From Calditrichaceae bacterium (lineage in GTDB: Bacteria > Calditrichota > Calditrichia > Calditrichales > JBFXGD01), in contig JBFXLE010000004.1 in the NCBI GenBank assembly GCA_050173015.1, positions 200,133-264,132 of the forward strand: a DNA stretch of 64,000 nucleotides, in the 5' to 3' direction. Shown piece by piece: positions 60,055 through 64,000 of the stretch. Numbering within the stretch: the stretch's first letter is position 1; every line of letters starts with the position of its first letter. Under the pieces are notes generated by a model. It did no database searches, was not told the origin of the DNA, and saw nothing but the letters and a program-made list of their open reading frames with translations. Both the position numbers and the translations under genes were made by a program.

Positions 60055-61383
60055 ATGATCACGACAGATGTTCCGAGCTATCGTAAAATAATCAGTTTTT
60101 GGCTTCCGCTTGCGGCAACCTGGCTTATGATGTCGGTCGAAGGGCCATTTCTGGCCGCGGTGATTGCCCGGCTCAATGATCCTAAATTTAATCTCGCTGC
60201 TTACGGTGTGGCTTATTCTTTTGCCCTTATTATCGAAGCGCCAGTTATTATGATGATGAGCGCCTCCACGGCGCTCGTAAAAGATTTTCAGCCCTTCAAA
60301 AAACTTAGAAACTTCACTTTCTATCTCAGCGGATTTATCACATTGTTTATGATAATAATCGTGATTCCTGATATATTTTATTTCATCACGATAGATCTAA
60401 TTGCTCTGCCGGAGAATGTGGCCCGCATAACCTATTATTCAACTCTGATTTTACTACCCTGGCCCGGAGCAATCGGATACAGAAGATTTTATCAGGGGAT
60501 TCTGATCCGTAATAAATTAACGAGACGTGTCGCCTACGGGACCATCATTAGATTGCTGGCCATGAGTCTTACCGCGATGTATTTGTATTGGGGCGAAGCA
60601 ATCCCGGGGGCATATGTCGGCGCCGCCGCTCTCTCCGCAGGTGTTGTTCTGGAGGCGCTGGCGAGTCGCCTGATGGTTCACAATATCCTGAAAAAAATCA
60701 TTTCAAAATCAGAGCCGGACGATAAACCGGTACAATATCTGTCCTATCGGTCAATTTCAAAATTTTATTACCCGTTGGCGCTTACCTCAATCCTCGGATT
60801 GGGGGTCCATCCCATGGTGACATTTTTTGTTGGGCAGAGCCGGCATTCCATTGAATCTCTGGCAGTTCTCCCTGTGATTAACTCACTGGTTTTTATTTTC
60901 AGAAGTGTGGGGTTATCTTATCAGGAAGCGGGCATCGCGCTGATGGACGGATCAGCGGAAACTTACCAACGTGTCAGAAATTTCGCGATCATTCTGTTTG
61001 CCGCGGTGATCACCTTGCTGGGAATCATAGCTTATTCTCCACTGGCTGAACTGTGGTACCGCGAAGTCTCGGGGTTATCCGCGGTATTAACCGGTTTTGC
61101 CATCATACCGACCCAAATATTAGCCATCATGCCCGGGCTTACGGTAATACTGTCTTTTCAGCGCGCGATTCTTGTTTACTCGGAGAAGACCACTCCTATC
61201 ACCGGCGCCACGATGACAGAGGTGCTGAGTATCATTTGTGTACTCTTTATACTGATCAAATTCTGCGATTTTATTGGGGCGACAGCAGTTGCCGTTGCTC
61301 TTCTCACAGGCAGATTAGGTGCAAATCTGGTTCTCATTCAACCTTTCCGGATGGCGACCGGTAAACTCTTTAAAAGAACTTAA
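60055..61383 (+). CDS. MATE/ANKH-like 12-TM membrane protein
   Basis: Two-fold internal repeat (FW.PLA / FY.PLA); RRFYQG.LI motif. Confidence 0.7.
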   Translation: MITTDVPSYRKIISFWLPLAATWLMMSVEGPFLAAVIARLNDPKFNLAAYGVAYSFALIIEAPVIMMMSASTALVKDFQPFKKLRNFTFYLSGFITLFMIIIVIPDIFYFITIDLIALPENVARITYYSTLILLPWPGAIGYRRFYQGILIRNKLTRRVAYGTIIRLLAMSLTAMYLYWGEAIPGAYVGAAALSAGVVLEALASRLMVHNILKKIISKSEPDDKPVQYLSYRSISKFYYPLALTSILGLGVHPMVTFFVGQSRHSIESLAVLPVINSLVFIFRSVGLSYQEAGIALMDGSAETYQRVRNFAIILFAAVITLLGIIAYSPLAELWYREVSGLSAVLTGFAIIPTQILAIMPGLTVILSFQRAILVYSEKTTPITGATMTEVLSIICVLFILIKFCDFIGATAVAVALLTGRLGANLVLIQPFRMATGKLFKRT

Positions 61384-61532
61384 GCTGTATGGGATTTATC
61401 GGATTAATATTCAACCATCCTCTAAAAACATCTGCAATGGGTTCATTTATCTTTGCTCACTAAAAATTAATTTTCTGGAAAAATGGATATCCTCTATTTA
61501 TAATGTATATCATCTTGTAGAGGGGATAGCAT

Positions 61533-61877
61533 ATGGCGGAAGTGGTTTACAAAAAATTAGCAAATGGCGTGATTGTGATAAACGGACCGGAGAGATTGAC
61601 GTCGGATAGTTCTGATGATTATAAAAAACTCCTCAGCGCTCTTGTCGATGATGGAAATTTTAATATCGTTATTGATCTTTCCGCAACGGTGTATATGGAT
61701 TCACGCGGACTTGGAGCTATTGTCTCAAAGATATCGGTACTAAGATCCAATAATGGCGATATACGAATCACCGGTATAAATACACAGATCAGACAACTTC
61801 TTGAGATCACACATCTGAATCAAATTCTGAAATCTTATCCGGATCTGCCTACCGCGGTAAATAGTTTTAAGGAATAA
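61533..61877 (+). CDS. STAS domain anti-sigma factor antagonist
   Basis: IDLS...YMDS.GLG and LLEIT.L motifs. Confidence 0.9.
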   Translation: MAEVVYKKLANGVIVINGPERLTSDSSDDYKKLLSALVDDGNFNIVIDLSATVYMDSRGLGAIVSKISVLRSNNGDIRITGINTQIRQLLEITHLNQILKSYPDLPTAVNSFKE

Positions 61878-61879
61878 TC

Positions 61880-63763
61880 ATGGCCAATACCGTCAGACGA
61901 ACCGATATGTCCCTGTTTCATTATCTGGAACCGGATTACAAGCGTCCCGTTTATGAGATCCCCTCGGATTCCGAAAAAAAAATCAGGGAAAAACTAAATC
62001 TTCTATATGGGTCAGATTGCGGTGACAGTTGTTATAAAGAAATCGCCAGGACCATGAAAGTATATTATGCGCACAAGACGCCGGAAATGATAAAATTTGA
62101 AGAATTATTTAACGCCGCGAATCGCCTAACAGAAAAAGACACCATTTTGATTACTTATGGGGATCTGATAAGCAGCACAAATGAGAAACCTCTGGAGACC
62201 ATGGCGGAATTATGCAAAACTTATCTGGAAGGGGCGTTTAATACGATTCATATTCTTCCGTTTTTCCCATATTCATCTGACCGCGGATTTGCAGTGATGG
62301 ATTTTGAAGAAGTAGATCCGAATTTAGGGACCTGGGATGATATTCTGAACTTAAAAAAAGATTTTCACCTGATGTTTGACGGTGTTTTAAATCATGTCTC
62401 GTCAAAAAGCCGCTGGTTTCAGGAGTTTTTGAATCAAAATCCCGATTATGAACACTTTTTTACAGTGTTTTCCACCAAGGACGAGCTTTCCCCGGATCAT
62501 TTGAAAATAATTGTCCGGCCTAGGACTTCAGATATACTGACACCCTTTGATACATTAAACGGTAATAGATTAGTATGGACCACGTTTTCCACGGATCAGA
62601 TTGATTTGAATTACAAAAATCCTAAAGTGCTGATTAAAATGATAGAAATCCTTCTTACATACGTGAGAAGAGGAGCGGATATTATTCGTCTGGATGCGGT
62701 GACCTACCTTTGGGAGGAATTAGGAACCAGTTGTGTTCATCTGGAACAGAATCACATCACCATTAAATTATTCAGAACGATTCTTGATGCCGTCGCGCCG
62801 CATGTGACTCTTATAACTGAAACAAATGTGCCACATACGGATAATATTAAATATTTCGGATCCGGAAACGATGAAGCGCAGATGATATATAACTTCGCGC
62901 TTCCGCCTCTTGTACTATATACATTTCAGACAGGAAACGCTTCCCGGCTTACTGAATGGGCTGCCGGCCTTGAAAAAATATCGGATACGGCGACCTATTT
63001 TAATTTTCTGGATTCACACGACGGGATAGGAGTAATGGCGGTAAGGGACATCCTTTCCAAAGATGAAATTGAGATGATGGCATTAAGGATTCTGGAGCAT
63101 GGCGGATATATATCTTATAAGGATAACGGGGATGGCACAACGAGTCCGTACGAATTTAATATTACCTGGTTTAGCGCCATAAACCGGGAAGACTCGGATG
63201 AACCGGTGGATTTACAGGTTAAACGCTATCTCGCTTCGAGATCGATCGCCCTTGTGTTAAGAGGCATCCCCGGAGTGTATCTGCATGGACTTTTGGGGTC
63301 TAAGAATGACGCGGAACTTGTAATTGAACAAAATGAAACCCGCAGCATCAATCGTAAAAATATCAATAAAGAAGAATTAATCAAGGCTCTTGAAAATCAC
63401 GATTCCACCACATTCAAAATCTCATATAAACTAATACGCCTGATCCGGAAACGGGGTAATGAAAAAGTATTTCATCCTAATGCTCTGCAGAGAGTGCTTA
63501 ATCTTTCGGACACTTTGTTTTGTGTGCTAAGGACATCATCGGACGGGAATGATTGTTTACTCGCAATCACAAATATAACTAATCACTTACAATATCTTGA
63601 AATTGATATGAACCGGCTGGGTTTGACTGCTAAAAAATGTTATGATATTCTATCCAGAGTTGAATATCATTCACACAATGGCAAAGTAGGACTTCATATT
63701 GAACCGTATCAGGTGATCTGGATGAAGAGTAGAAAAGAATCAGCAGACCGGTCAAAATCCTAA
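61880..63763 (+). CDS. GH13_18 sugar phosphorylase, probably glucosylglycerate phosphorylase
   Basis: ITYGD, HILPFFPYSSD.GF, RLDAV, ITETN and SHDGIG motifs. VRPR and YEFN loops, not the YQVN of sucrose phosphorylase. Confidence 0.85.
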   Translation: MANTVRRTDMSLFHYLEPDYKRPVYEIPSDSEKKIREKLNLLYGSDCGDSCYKEIARTMKVYYAHKTPEMIKFEELFNAANRLTEKDTILITYGDLISSTNEKPLETMAELCKTYLEGAFNTIHILPFFPYSSDRGFAVMDFEEVDPNLGTWDDILNLKKDFHLMFDGVLNHVSSKSRWFQEFLNQNPDYEHFFTVFSTKDELSPDHLKIIVRPRTSDILTPFDTLNGNRLVWTTFSTDQIDLNYKNPKVLIKMIEILLTYVRRGADIIRLDAVTYLWEELGTSCVHLEQNHITIKLFRTILDAVAPHVTLITETNVPHTDNIKYFGSGNDEAQMIYNFALPPLVLYTFQTGNASRLTEWAAGLEKISDTATYFNFLDSHDGIGVMAVRDILSKDEIEMMALRILEHGGYISYKDNGDGTTSPYEFNITWFSAINREDSDEPVDLQVKRYLASRSIALVLRGIPGVYLHGLLGSKNDAELVIEQNETRSINRKNINKEELIKALENHDSTTFKISYKLIRLIRKRGNEKVFHPNALQRVLNLSDTLFCVLRTSSDGNDCLLAITNITNHLQYLEIDMNRLGLTAKKCYDILSRVEYHSHNGKVGLHIEPYQVIWMKSRKESADRSKS

Positions 63764-64000
63764 TTGCGGGCATAAATCCGACTATATAAGAAATTTATTT
63801 TATCCTCCCGAAAATATAATATTAATATTTTTTGTTTTAACTCTGGGCGGAAAACATAACCGGAACCGATTAATTAGCCTGACTAATTCATAAAAGTGTA
63901 AAAAAATATTTTTATTAAAGAGCTGAACATTATTTCTCACCAATCCAACATTTACATGCTCTGTTTTTAACATGGTATTATAAAAAGTTCATTTTTCATC

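Overview
Bacterial chromosomal window. An FCB-group, Calditrichota/KSB1-like origin is inferred from a secreted protein with an NYPNPFNP tail and from TonB receptors with N-terminal carboxypeptidase-regulatory-like domains. Main contents in order: (1) the end of a DEAD-box helicase, an nhaA pseudogene with three lesions, and a CNNM/CBS gene. (2) 3.0-7.7 kb: a decayed integron cassette array with four attC-like sites and no integrase in the window. It contains two full copies and one stub of a ~0.8 kb gene-less element with repeated TAAGGT boxes. (3) 7.7-34 kb: mostly minus-strand accessory genes with REP-like and heptamer repeats. These include an XRE + ImmA/IrrE pair, YcaQ, dodecin, a 16-aa Pro-rich sORF with a perfect SD, and a Crp/Fnr-HMA-P1B ATPase-DUF6448 locus with two matching class II promoters. 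(4) A UGA-recoded (UxxC) peroxiredoxin-like selenoprotein with a SECIS hairpin. (5) A CarH-like B12 photoreceptor divergent from a 12-gene carotenoid operon: CrtYcd, three CrtI-family enzymes, CrtB, acyltransferase, GT2, CruF, CrtW, a DPC-motif cleavage oxygenase, and two translationally coupled paralogous TonB-dependent receptors. (6) Housekeeping genes: thioesterase, methionine gamma-lyase, pruA, Rrf2-ALDH7, a MATE-like protein, STAS and a GH13_18 phosphorylase. No rRNA, tRNA or CRISPR array was seen. All calls come from reading the sequence and motifs; no searches were run.
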